60,000 nucleotides of DNA from Lama guanicoe (lineage: Eukaryota): positions 436,001 to 496,000 of the forward strand of contig MU054338.1 in NCBI GenBank assembly GCA_013239625.1. Direction: 5' to 3'. The translations under genes and the position numbers were made by a program. The notes beneath the pieces were generated by a model. That model saw only the letters and a list, made by a program, of their open reading frames with translations. It did not search any database and was not told where the DNA came from. Every line of letters begins with the position of its first letter. Position 1 is the stretch's first letter. Below, piece by piece: positions 25,700 through 54,200 of this stretch.

Positions 25700-26400
25700 G
25701 GCCCCCTTCCCTGAGGCACGCGCGCTCGCGCGGCTCGGCCGGCTGCCAAGAGCGATGTAACGTGGGCGCCGCTCTAGCCTGCAGAGCGGAGTCGCCCGCG
25801 TCTCGCTGGTGATGACGCACGTCCGGCGAGGTGGAGAAGGCAAGATGGCGGCGCCCATGGAGGTGGCCGTGTGTACGGACTCGACGGCCCAGCTGTGGAG
25901 CTGCGTCGTGTGGGAGCTGCACTCTGGCGCCAACCTGCTCACGTACCGCGGCGGCCAGGCCGGGCCTCGCGGCCTTGCGCTGCTCAATGGCGAGTACCTG
26001 CTGGCGGCGCAGCTAGGCAAGAACTACATTAGCGCCTGGGAGCTGCAGAGAAAGGTGCAGCGGCACTCAACCCGGCGCCGTTGGCTGCGTGTGCTGGGCG
26101 CCCGAGACTGGGGTCGGGGGAAGGGGCGGTGGGGGCTGCACGGGCCCTGAACTGGGGTAGGGATGGGGCAATCTCAGGGTGCTCTGCGCACGCGCGGGTC
26201 TGGGGGCTTTTTTTGCAGGAGGGAGGCGCACGCGCGCAGCTGAGGGTGGGCTGCGACTAGGGGGAGTGGGGGGCGGGCCTCTGGGCTGCCAGTCTTGCGC
26301 ACGCGCACAATGAGGGTGGGGGTGTGTGTCCTTTGGGGGCCTTGCACTGGACCTGGTCCGTTGCGCGGGAAATTTAATTGGAAAGAGTTTACAGTTGGAA
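25700..26400 (+). promoter_or_regulatory. CpG-island promoter of WDR18 with TISU/YY1 element and NRF1-like sites
   Basis: Dense CpG. CAAGATGGCGGC at 25841-25852 is an exact TISU consensus (SAASATGGCGGC) over the start codon. GCGCACGCGC motifs at 26185-26196, 26225-26236 and 26296-26307. Confidence 0.8.
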
Positions 26401-29400
26401 TGCCGTGGGTATCGTGGGCTTAGACGGTGAAGGTCCAAGGCCTGGGGGAGCCCGTTCAATGGTAGCCCGGGAGACTTAATGCATTTATCCCCTCCAAAAA
26501 GACGCTACCTTTTGCCACCAGGGCGCATGGTTTCTCCTCTTACAGAAACGCAGAAGTGCAGCCCCTTTGGCTGCTCGCCACCTGTCTTTGGCAGCAGACA
26601 TCTCTTGGGGCAGGCTCTGTGTTCTGGCTCTGTCTGGTGTGGTCCACACACAAACCTGAGTTGTTCCATGTTAGAGATTTGGAAACTGAGGCTCAAGGTC
26701 CAAGGCCAGACTTTGGAAGAGACAGGACTGGGGCAAAAGCCGAGGGACCAGTGGGCCCTACTGGGCCCTCAGTGCCTTGCCCACCCTCTCACTCAGAGGG
26801 CTCCTCTGGCCCCCAGGCAGACAGGCACCGTCCTGCTTTTAATGAGAATCCGCAGGCCGCCTCCTCCACTTCTGCCCTGCAGAGCCGGAGCTGGAGCAAA
26901 TCCCTCCTTGCTGAACTGTGGATTTGCTCAAACCACTCCACCCTCACTCCTCTTTCTAGTTGTCCTGGAGGTACAGCTGCCTGGGCACCCCTCCCGCTCT
27001 CCTCGCTGCCCTCTGGCTCCCCCGTTCAGCGTAAAACTCAGGCTTCTTATGCCTCTAGGACCAGCTTCAGCAAAAGATCATGTGCCCCGGACCTGTGACC
27101 TGTCTGACCACATCGCCCAGCGGCCTCTACGTCCTGGCAGGGATCTCAGAGAGTATATACCTGTGGGAGGTGAGCATAAGAGCACAGGGCTGGGGGTTGG
27201 GGGGTCCAGCCTGTGGGCAAGCCACTGGGTTAGACCACTAACCGGGTTGTCACTGATAGCCTGTTATGCCTGGTTGGAGCTCACATCTCCGCCTGCTGGG
27301 ACAGTGCAGGATCCGAGGCCAGAGAATGAAGCCATGACCACGTTCTGCCTTTCCCGACCTCGGCCGTCCCTGCAAAATGGCCTTCTTGGCTCCCCTAGAG
27401 GTTGGCAAAGAGAACCAAGTGTTCTCTGTGGATTGTCAGAGGCCTGCAGACACGTGGGGAGCTTTGTGATCTCACCCCGGGGCTCTCAAACCTCAGTGTG
27501 TCATTCTCAAACTAGGGAGCAGTTGCCCCAGCGCAGGGAGAGAAAGTCTCAGGAGAGACTTTCCTCAGGTGCCCATCGTGGTAGAGATCCTCTCTTGCTT
27601 GCTGTCCGGCTGGTGCTGGGGGTGTGGGCAGAAATCAGTCTTCCACTGTCAGTAGACACCTTAGGGGGTTGCCCCTCCCTGGTGGAGGACAGTCTGTGTC
27701 TGTCTTCTCCCGTGGAAGCTGCGTCCCGCTGCCCTGGCTCTAGGAAAATTCCTGGCCAGCATGAGCTGTGACCACAAGGGGGCGCCCTACACGGCCGACC
27801 GGAGACAGTTGCTCAGGCTGAGGGCTTTCAGCCCAGCGCGCCTGGCTCCTGTATCTGCCTCTGTTGGCTTTCTGCCCTTCTCTCTGCCGAGTGAGCAAGT
27901 GTGAGTCTGTGTTCAGGTTTCCTTCCTATAAAGACACTGCTCACTTCGTCTGAGTTGATTACATTTCCAAAGACTGTGTTCAAGTGAGGTCACAGGTTCT
28001 GGGGGTCGGGTGTGGACAGGGGTATCTAGGGGACACGATTCAACCCACAGCAGCATCGTGCCTCCATCAGCACCACCACCACTACCACCACCACAGCCCT
28101 TCCCCAGTGTCCCTGCCACAGGTGCCTTCTCTGCTGCAGACCCAGCTCCCAGGGTTTTGCAGCATGAGGCACCCCTCCCCCTCCCTCCTGCTAGCCCTGA
28201 AGATGGTGACTTCCTGCTGTGACTGAGTTGTCACAAGGAGCTGCCTGCGGTCCAGGCCAGCCCATCCTGAAGGGACCTGCTCCGTCCCCTGCTGCCCCCT
28301 TGGCCTTGTCGCCTCGCCCACACCTTCCCTGGGGGCCGCAGTTACACTACCACCAGCATCACCTCGTTGGGGCCAAGGTGGGAGCAGGTGCGGGCAGGAC
28401 TGGAGGGGCTCAGCCCAGCCGGCCCCCCTGCCCATCTCAGGCGCCGTCGGCCACATACACAGTGCCCTGGCCAGGTGGGGTTGGGGCGCTCTCCTCACAG
28501 GGCTCCCTGTGACCTGCGGCTGGGGGCCAGGGGCTGTACCCCTTTTTTGCTCTGACCCGGGCGCCCCTCCCCCAGGTCTCCACGGGGAACCTTCTGGTTA
28601 TCCTGAGCCGCCACTACCAGGATGTCTCGTGCCTGCAGTTCACGGGGGACAGCAGCCACTTCCTCTCGGGGGGCAAGGACTGCCTGGTGCTGGTGTGGAG
28701 CCTCTGCAGGTAGAGTCCTGGCCGGCCGAGGCCTCCGACCAGGGGGCCAGGAGCCTGCTCCGCAGAAAGGCCATGCCAGGGCCCGGGGGAAGGGGCTCCA
28801 GGTCAGGCTGGCTGTTGTAAGGAGGGCAGGGCCTGCTTGGAGCCGGGTGGAATGTAGAGATGTGGGCTGCCCTCCCTGCTGAGGTCTGCCCCCCTGCCCC
28901 CGGAAGTGTGCTGCAGGCAGACCCCTCCAGGACCCCCGCCCCCCGGCATGTCTGGTCTCGCCACACCCTCCCCATCACAGACCTGCACTGCGGTTTTGGG
29001 GGACCCCTGGCCCGGGTGGCCACTGCATCGCTGGACCAGACAGTAAAGGTAGGACTCTGCCCCTGCCTCCAGTGGGCCTGTGAGCCAAGCCTGGCGGCTG
29101 GCGGGTTGCTGGCCTGCGGGAGCCAGAACATTGCCTCCTTCCCCAGGCTGGCTGCTCCAGACAGCTCTTAATCCCCCTGATGCTTCTGGCCTCAAGGACG
29201 TCCAGAGGGTGGACAGTCCAGCCCTGTGTCAGCTTGGAAATTCCCACTTGGCCACTGTGCCCGGCGGGCAGCTCCCAGCCAAACCTCAGGGAATTTGAGG
29301 GTGGCCGAGTCCTCAGGTCTTTGTCCATGGCTGGGGGTGGTCCGGGGCTGACTGGATGGTGGCCTAGGGGCTGACAGTGGCTAAAGCAGGAGGCCTTAAG

Positions 29401-31718
29401 GGGTCCCAGCCTGGGAACCGGGGCCCTTAGCCCCTGAGACTCCCTTGGTGACAGCTCCCAACTGAGGCCCTCACGGGGTCCAGAGCCCCCCAGCCAGGCT
29501 GCCCAGCTCTTAGACCAGCACTCCCGCCCCACCCACCCCCAGCTGTGGGAAGTCTCATCAGGTGAGCTGCTGCTGTCCGTGCTCTTTGACGTGGGCATCA
29601 TGGCCGTGACCATGGACCTGGCCGAGCATCATATGTTCTGTGGTGGCAGCGATGGCTCCATCTTCCAGGTCGACCTCTGCACCTGGGTGAGTGTCCGAGG
29701 GCAGCTGGTTGGAGGGGGGCCCAGGCTTGGGCTGAGGAGCTGCCCTGCCTTTGGCTCACCGGCTCTCCTGGCCTCTGCAGCCCGGGCAGAGAGAGAAGAG
29801 CTTCCAGCCAGAGCAAGAGAGCGGGAAGGTGTTCAGAGGGCACAGGTGCGGGGACTGGGTCGACGGGAGGAATGGGGGCCCCATTCTCCCACTTCTGGGT
29901 TGGAGTCCCTGGTGCTGCCCTCCCAGGGCCTGTGTGTCCCCAGGAATCAGGTGACCTGCCTGTCGGTGTCCACGGACGGCAGCCTGCTACTCTCAGGCTC
30001 CCACGATGAAACCGTGCGCCTCTGGGATGTGCAGAGCCAGCAGTGCCTCAGGACAGTGACCCTCAAAGGTGGGCATGGGCAGCCCCTCCAGTACCCCCAG
30101 CTCCCCCAAGAGGTCCTGAGCCCATGAGGCTTTACTGGTCTGGGCCCCGGGGGCTGACATGGGTGGGGAGTCAGGGCCCCAGGCCTGGTGGGCACTTGAG
30201 GAGTTGGGGGCTGGTGAGCCTGGGTACAGGCGGGGCTGAGGGTGGGTCCCAACCGACACCTGCCCGCCCCAGGGCCTGTGACCAACGCCTCCATCATGCT
30301 GGCGCCGGTCAGCATGCTCAGCTCCGACTTCAGGCCCGGCCTGCCCCTGCCCCGCTTCAACAAGCACCTGCTGGGTGCCGAGCACGGGGACGAGCTGCAC
30401 CGCGGGGGCTTCACGCTGCGCCTGGGCCTCCACCAGCAGGTATGGCCCCCTTATCCCCCAGCAGGTGGCCAGGCCTCAGGGCCCCACCCTGGCTGGGCCT
30501 CCACCGTGTTGCTGTGTTCCCTCGGGGTCGGTCGGGGTCCTGACTGGGACCCCCCCATGAACACCCTCAGTGAGCAGGCTCCTCTGATCTTGTAGTTGAG
30601 GTCAACCTGGTGCCCAGCCCTGACCTCAGGAAACACCAGAACCTTACGGAGAGGGGGCGGGCCGCACCCAGGGGCTGTCACAGGAGGGCGCCGGAGCCTG
30701 GAGGCTGTACGTGTCCAGCTGGGCAGCAGGCTGCACGCGCAGCCCTCCTGCCCCTCCTGGTCTGGGTCCCCTCCCCAGCCTCCGCGGGGCTGGCCTTGCC
30801 CACTAAGGCCATGATCTGTCCACTGTTTCTGAGCCATGGGGTTGTCTAGGCCCCTCCGTACGGTGTGAAATTTGGCTCTGCGTGCGCCAAGCTGCTGGCT
30901 GAGGGCAGCGTGCCGGGACAGTGCCCAGCAGGAGGCCAACAGCCTCTCGGCTGCAGCCACCTGGCTGGGTGGGCAGCCCTCCCTGCAGGCTGGAGGCACG
31001 ACCTGACCACCAGTCATCTGTCCTTGAGGATGTTTCTGCACATCCCTTGAGGCGGCTTGTCTCCAAGCGCCTGCATGTGGTCTTGAGCCTCCCCTGCCCC
31101 TGGGCCTAGGGCAGTATGCTGGAGAGGGAAGCAGGTTTGAGGAGACTGGGCACGTGGCTTCCGGCCAGGCGTGGTGATGAAGCCATGGGCCTGGATAGTG
31201 TCACACCAGCCAGGCACCCGGTAACCCCTCTCGGAGCCTCATCTCCCATCAGTCAGCGGGCGGCAGGACTGCGGCCCGCACTAACTGGGAGGATGCGCGT
31301 GGCCGCTGATGCGCCTCTTGTGTTTCAGGGGTCGGAGCCCAGCTACGTGGAGCGGGCGGAGCAGCTGCACGCGGTGATGTGCAACACGATGGAGAAGGTG
31401 GGAGGGGCGAAGCGGGAGGGGAGGGGCCCCAAGGTGGAGGGGTGGGGCCGGCGCCGGCAGGGGCGGGGCTGTTCACTGAGAGAAGACGCCGGCGCCCCGC
31501 CCTCCGTCCCGGGCGGTGGGGACCGCGGCCCTGACGCAAGCCTCCACTCTGAGCCCACGCCCCGCCCCTCCACGCCCCTCCCCTAGAGCGTGCTGGGCGG
31601 CCAAGACCAGCTGCGGGTTCGCGTCACCGAGCTGGAGGATGAGGTGCGCAACCTGCGCAAGATCAACCGCGACCTGTTCGACTTCTCCACGCGCATCATC
31701 ACGCGCCCCGCCAAGTGA
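25845..31718 (+). CDS. WDR18: WD repeat-containing protein 18 (Ipi3 homologue, rixosome/PELP1-TEX10-WDR18 complex), 432 aa
   Basis: Exons 25845-26054, 27059-27169, 28576-28709, 28907-29048, 29543-29686, 29781-29845, 29944-30068, 30273-30439, 31329-31397, 31587-31718 sum to 1299 nt. The protein starts [13 protein letters not shown], has WD repeats ([31 protein letters not shown]) and ends in a coiled coil [28 protein letters not shown]. Confidence 0.97.
27769..27787 (+). promoter_or_regulatory. Candidate CTCF site in WDR18 intron 2
   Basis: TGACCACAAGGGGGCGCCC closely matches the CTCF core CCASYAGRKGGCRS. Confidence 0.5.
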
Positions 31719-33959
31719 GCGCGCCGCACCCCGCCGCACCGTGGGGGATTCCAGCTGGGCATCCCCGCGAGACCAGCAGAGCCCCAGGCCGGAGCCGTCT
31801 TCTGCCACGTTCCTGTCTTTGGGGATTTTCATCTCCCCCCAGGGTCGTGGTCCTCGTTGACCCACTGCCCTGTCGTGACCTCTCCTGTCTGTCGCGCTGG
31901 TGCTGTTCTGTTTGAAATCCTCTCCTCGGCCCCTGTGTGCCCGGGACCCTCGTGGAGGGACCTGCCTCCACGAATTTTACCGGAGCCGTCACAGCCCGAG
32001 TTTTAAATCTGGTGTGAGAATCCTGCTTCTCACGTTTTCACTCACTTGCCGCCTGGGTGCCTTTGCACAACTGAGAGGCGTGGGCGGTCCTTGGGGCAGG
32101 CCAGGGGCAGCCCGCCAGCTGCAGGCCGAGGTCACCAGGCGCAGGAATGATACACAGAGAGCAGTGTAGTCATACTGGTTCCAGCCCTCTGGGGCCACCT
32201 GAGGGCCCCCCCTCAGCGTGGGTCAGGGCAGCCGTCTCTGGGGTGGCAGCTGGTTTGGGGCCAGGGTTCCCCCAGAGGATCACGTGCCCCCTCAACTTGA
32301 ACAGGACGTTCTCGGTGTCAAGGGCCCAAGGGGGTCAGGTATTCTCACTGCCTAAGGGAGACAGGGACACCACGAGCTGCCAGCCAGCACCTGGAGCCCA
32401 GCCCAGACATGGGAGTCCCAAGGCTGCCAGTGGAACCTTCCAGAAAGCTGCCCTCAAGTCACAGCCTGCTTAATGGCCCAGAAAAATCCATGTGACTTAG
32501 CGGGTCCCATAATCAGCTGGGGGCCAGCACTGAGTTCGTGTTTTTAGGCTAGTGGGCATCCCCTCCTGGGACTCTGCACCCTCCCCAGTGGCCTGGCTGT
32601 GCTGCAGCAGGGTGGCTGGGGTGGCGCCATGTCCCAGGGGTGTCCCTCTGCACCCACCCCCAGCCCACTGTGCTCAGGAAGCTAGACGGGGATTACCTAT
32701 AGATGCCACGTAATGGGTTCTACTGGCTCATGGAGTCCCCGTTAACCCACCAAACACAGAGTGAGGTGGCTGTAGGCCTGGGGCTCCTGGGGGCTCCTGG
32801 CGGCCAGTGGGGGATGGTCTTGTGGCAGCTCGTCACCACAGAGCTGGGTCTTGGAGCTATGTCCTCTTCCGCAGAGCACCGTCTGTGGTCTGGGCCAGCT
32901 CGGTCCAGAGCGTCCAGAAGGTGGGGAGGGCAGCTGGGTTAGCTGAGGCTCCCCAGGGGCCAAGGGCCACCTCACCTACCCAGGCCCCTCGCCCCCAGGC
33001 CCTGACCCTGGTGAGGGTCCCTCCCTGCCCCTGGTGCTATGCCTCTGGCTGGTGGCCCTCCACCTGGCCACACCACCCCGACCCCTGCGCCCTCAGCTGT
33101 CTGCTCTCATCCGTGGTTAAGTGACTTGGAAGGAGGTGCAGGTTCTAGAGGTCCTGGGATTGCTCTTGGCATCTGCTTCCACTCCCAGCCAGGAGCCTGC
33201 GGAGGAGGGGAGCGGGGTGAGCTGGGCTGTTGGCCTCCTCTGGGCCTGGATTCTTCCCTGGAGTGGGGACAGGGCTGCTGTTCCCACTGCCCCTGAACCC
33301 CCCCCACCCCTCAAGGAGTCCCAGTGTCAGACCCCCAGCGTGGCTCTGGGCCCTCAGCTGCCCGCTCAGCTCCTGGGGGTGCTTCCTGGTGTGTCCACCC
33401 TGCCCTGTGGCTGGGGCAGGGGGCCGGTGCTCATGGTTCCTGTGGGCCCAAGGAGCGGCCCTGCCCAGCAGGGAGAGCCTCCTACTGACATGCATCTGGC
33501 CTCCACACCCCCTGCCCCTGCCGCCTGTTCATGTGGGCCTGGAAGGGTGCCCGTTTCCCGGCCACAGACACAGGCCTCGCAGCCTCAGCCACTTGCTGGT
33601 TGCAGAGGATGGGGGTGGGCGGTGAGGGGCAGAGCCTGCAGATTTTCCCGTTTCTGAAACCCCAGGTGGCCTCAGACAAGCCCCACCTGCTCTGGACACC
33701 TGGTATCCTTATCTGTAATGGGACACACACCTGGGCCTGCGAGGAGCCTTCAGGTGCTGGCATGCAGCAGAGCGAGTGTGTGACAGGGCATGCCACGCAG
33801 CATGTGGTGCCCTTACCATCCCGTCTGCACAAGTCTCCGTGCATGTTCCCTGGAAGCACAGTCCGAGTCCTGAGGCATCACTGGCAGAGGGGCAGATGCA
33901 CCCACAGCGCCCAGTGTTCACAGATGACAGCCATGTGCTGCTTGAATGTGTAGACCATA

Positions 33960-34675
33960 GAGAGCTGCACCTCAAACCCACCAGGACAGCTGTTATCTCA
34001 AAAGACAAAACAAGTGTCGGGAGTAGGTAGAGAGAGGTGTTCAGCCCTCTCACACGGCTGGCGGGAACAGGAAAAGGCGCTGCTTCTGTGGCAAGTAGTC
34101 TGCAGGGTCTTCAAGAAATTACAGATGGAATCAGTATATGCTCCAGCAGTCCTGCCCCTGGGTACACACCCCAAAGAAGGAAAAGCAAGAGATGTTTGTA
34201 CGCCTGTTGCCTCAGCAACCGATTCACAACAGCCAAAAGGCAGAAGCAACCCAAGTGTCCATGGACAGGTGATGGGTAAACACCACGTGGTCTGTCCTCA
34301 ACAGCAGGTTTTATTCAGCCAGGAAAAAGAGAAACGCACTGACACTCGCTACCACGTGGACAGACTTCAGGAACACAGTGCTCGGTGAGAACCAGCCACA
34401 GAGGATAAATACTGTCTGATTTTACAGGAGGACCACGGAGAAATCTGTGTCATAGAGACAGGAAGGAGGCGGTGGGGCCAGTGCTGGGGGAGCAGCAGGG
34501 AGTCGGTGTTTCGTGGAGACAGAGATTCAGTTTGGGAAGATGAGAAAGTCCTGGAGATGATGGTGAGGAGGGTCACACAGCAAGAAGAAAGTGCATAATG
34601 CCATTGAGGTGCACTTACAAATGGTTAAACTGGTGAATCTTACGTTATGTGTATTTTACCGTAATTAAGAAAAAA
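33960..34675 (+). mobile_element. L1 (L1M-type) 3' fragment between WDR18 and GRIN3B
   Basis: CCAGCAGTCCTGCCCCTGGGTACACACCCCAAAGAA, AAGCAACCCAAGTGTCCAT, CAGTTTGGGAAGATGAGAAAGTCCTGGAGATG, CACTTACAAATGGTTAAACTGGTGAAT, then an A-rich end. Confidence 0.8.
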
Positions 34676-36689
34676 GCCTTTCCTGTGACTCCTTGTTTAA
34701 TCTGCATGGTAGCTGGGAGGTTAAAAGCTACAACCCTTGCCGTTGTAAAGATGGAGAACCGAGGAGCAGTGGCCAGGAATCCACCCCAATCACGCAAGTG
34801 CAGCCAGTTCTAGATTCCAGCCGGGGCCTTCATCACTGGCCCTGATAGGGAAGTACTGATAAGGGGCGGGTACCAGCAGGGCTGGGGGGCTGGCAGGTTC
34901 AGCGGGGCTCCGTGTGAGTCCTGGGAGGGCCGAAGCCCTGTCTGCTTCTCAGCTGCCTCCCAGAACCAGTGCATGACAGTGTTGGCTGTCTGCTGAAGGC
35001 CATATTAGGGTGAGGAAGTGTACCCACCCAGGATGGGTCCCTACTTCTGAGGACTCATGCTGGCATGGGGACCTTACCCCAGGGTGAGATGAGGCCCTGG
35101 GGTCCCTGAGAACACTTTGTAACCTGCTGCCTCACCCAGGACAGTGGGGGCAGGGAGGGAAGGGGGCATGTCCCTGGTATAACACTGGCTTCAGGCAGGG
35201 CGGGGGCTGGAATCCAGTTCCTTCCTGCTCCCTGTCTTGGGATGCCTGGCCAGATGGCTGGATGAGGTGGCCTTGTCACCTGGAACCCAGCCACTTGGCC
35301 CTCGTTAGTCATCTCAAAATTCAGTCAATACTGCTGGCTGCCTCTTGGCATTTTTATCCATGTAATGGTTTTTTTTTTTCCAGCCTCTCTCAACACTGGC
35401 TCCAAAAGGAGATGGGTTTGTGTGTGAAAAAAATCACCCGAATGTAGACTCATTGATTCAAGCTGGAAAGCTCCCTGTGGAGCTGTGGCCCCGCACCCTG
35501 AGGGGTCATGAGGGAAGCCTGGTCTTCCACCCCTGCTCCAGGGAGGAGAGCCCCCTGCAGGACACTGCAGGCCCCTTACCTGGCCAGTGTTCAGTGAGCA
35601 CCTGCAGCAGGCCAGGGCACAAGAGGAACCCCAGTTCATTTGCCGTGGAGAAGCCCAGAGAACAAGGGGAGGCTGGGAGGTTGGCAGGTAGTGGGGAGTC
35701 GCAGAAGATTCGGAAGCAGTGGCAGGTGATGTAACTAAGTGCCCTTGTCTGAGTGATTATAGAGTGCCTGCCATGTGCAAGAGACAGTGGTGAATAAGCC
35801 AGACCCACCCCTGCTTCCCAGAGATGCGGGGTGGGGGGTGGGCAGGGGATAGCCGCTAAATAATAAAGCAAATAAAGGAACAAAAGGATGATAGCATGTG
35901 ATGGAGTTAATGTAGGCAGGGGAAACTTAAATGGAGTAGGGGGACGTTCTGCCTCCTGGGTGACAAGCCAGGAATATTTTTCAAGCAGGGGCATTTGGAA
36001 CTGGGTCTTGTAGGGTAAAGAGGAGTTCTCTGGCTTAAGTTGCCTGCCCACAGCTGGATGGCAGGAGACCTGCCCTATAGGTTTCCATCAGACGTGTCTG
36101 CTTCAGTTTCCCCAAGGGTGTGAGCGATGTTGGAGCACACTCATGGGTCGGTCTGGGTAGATGCTGCTTTCTGGAGGGAGGTGCTGTTCTGTGACTGTGG
36201 AGGCAAACTAACCCCTTCTAGGCCTTAGTTTCCCTGATTGAGCAATGGGAAATATTCCCAGGCTTGGGGGCAGGGGGATGAAATGAAATCCTGGGGTGGA
36301 ATAGGGGTGATAGCGGGGACTGAATATGATGCAAAATCCCTCCCTGGTGCTAACCTCGGTTTCCTCATCTGCAGAATGGGGAGAAGCTCCCATGGCACGG
36401 AACCAGGAAGGGCAGTGGTTAGATCCCACCCTCCCCGCCCCCACATGGGGTTGCCATCCGAGCCTGGGTTTCCTGCCCTGAGTGGTGGGTCTGACTCCTC
36501 CTTAGTGGGTTGCTGGGTACTAGGGGACCGGGATGGGGCAAGGACGGTCGCTGGTCGGCAGGCGGGGGCAGGAAGGATGGGCGCCGGCCTGGCGGGGGCG
36601 GGGCAGGGAGAGGCTGGGGCGGGCTGAGGTCCCGCCTCCCGCGGTGCCACCCTCCGCTCCGCCCCGCGGCTCCCGCCGGCAACTTTGGG

Positions 36690-45210
<8,521 letters not shown>

Positions 45211-45341
45211 GGGTGAGGAGGGACCCGGAGCTCAGTTCCAGTGGCTCCACCTGCTCCGAGGGGCCCCCACCCACTGGAAGGTGGGCCCCCTCCCTGCAGC
45301 CCCACCACACAGACGCTGGCCTAGACACTGTCAACAGACAG

Positions 45342-45347
45342 TTTATT
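45342..45347 (-). terminator. TMEM259: TMEM259 polyadenylation signal AATAAA
   Basis: Plus-strand TTTATT reads AATAAA on the minus strand, about 630 nt after the stop, preceded on the minus strand by TGTA motifs. Confidence 0.8.
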
Positions 45348-45377
45348 CTATATACAAACACCATTTTGTACACTGCA

Positions 45378-45383
45378 ATTAAA
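45378..45383 (+). terminator. GRIN3B: GRIN3B polyadenylation signal ATTAAA
   Basis: ATTAAA about 170 nt after the stop codon, with TGTA just upstream at 45367-45370. Confidence 0.75.
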
Positions 45384-45979
45384 TAGAGTGGAATGGGCGC
45401 TCTTCTGCATTCCTCACCGAGTGGGTTGGGCTGCCTGCCAGCTACTACCCCGAGAAGGGTGAGGCGACACCTGTGGCTGCCTTCCATGTCGGCTCCCGGC
45501 CGTCCCTGTGGCTGAGGTGTGAGCTGGACCTTCCTGGGACCCCAGCCTGGGCATGTGAGGGTGGCTGTGGAAAGGCACTGCGCACGACGGAGCACCAGCT
45601 GAGCCAGCTCCACCCACGTTCACCTTGCTCAGAGACCTGCCCGCTCTGCCCCTGGGACAGCTCACTCCCGACCTTTCACCAGCCCCTTCCAGAATCTTCT
45701 GCAAAGCCCCCGCCCCCTCTCCCACCAGGCTCATTGGCCTGTCTTGATTTGCTGGCGAAGGAAGCCCACCATAAACAGGGACAGGCTGCAGACAGGCCCC
45801 ACGGCCCGGGGGAGAGAAGCCCGCCTCCAAGCAAACCTGGTGGACCCTCTCACCACCCAAGGCAGGCTGGGCAGTCCCAGAACCACCAGGGACAGCCCCC
45901 CTGATCCCGGGAGGCTCCAGCCAGGTCACGCCCGGCTGGCCTGCACAGCCAGGGAGAGAGGCAGTCAGCTGCCCAGGGC

Positions 45980-54200
<8,221 letters not shown>

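Noticed and set aside
25812..25844. In-frame upstream ATG extending WDR18 by 11 aa
   Set aside because: It sits inside a CRE/E-box-like promoter motif (TGACGCACGT), probably upstream of the TSS; the TISU-context ATG at 25845 gives the expected 432-aa protein.
26479..27771. 430-aa ORF within WDR18
   Set aside because: Mostly intronic, crosses exon 2 in the wrong frame, includes a MIR-like fragment and has no recognisable domain; expected by chance in GC-rich DNA.
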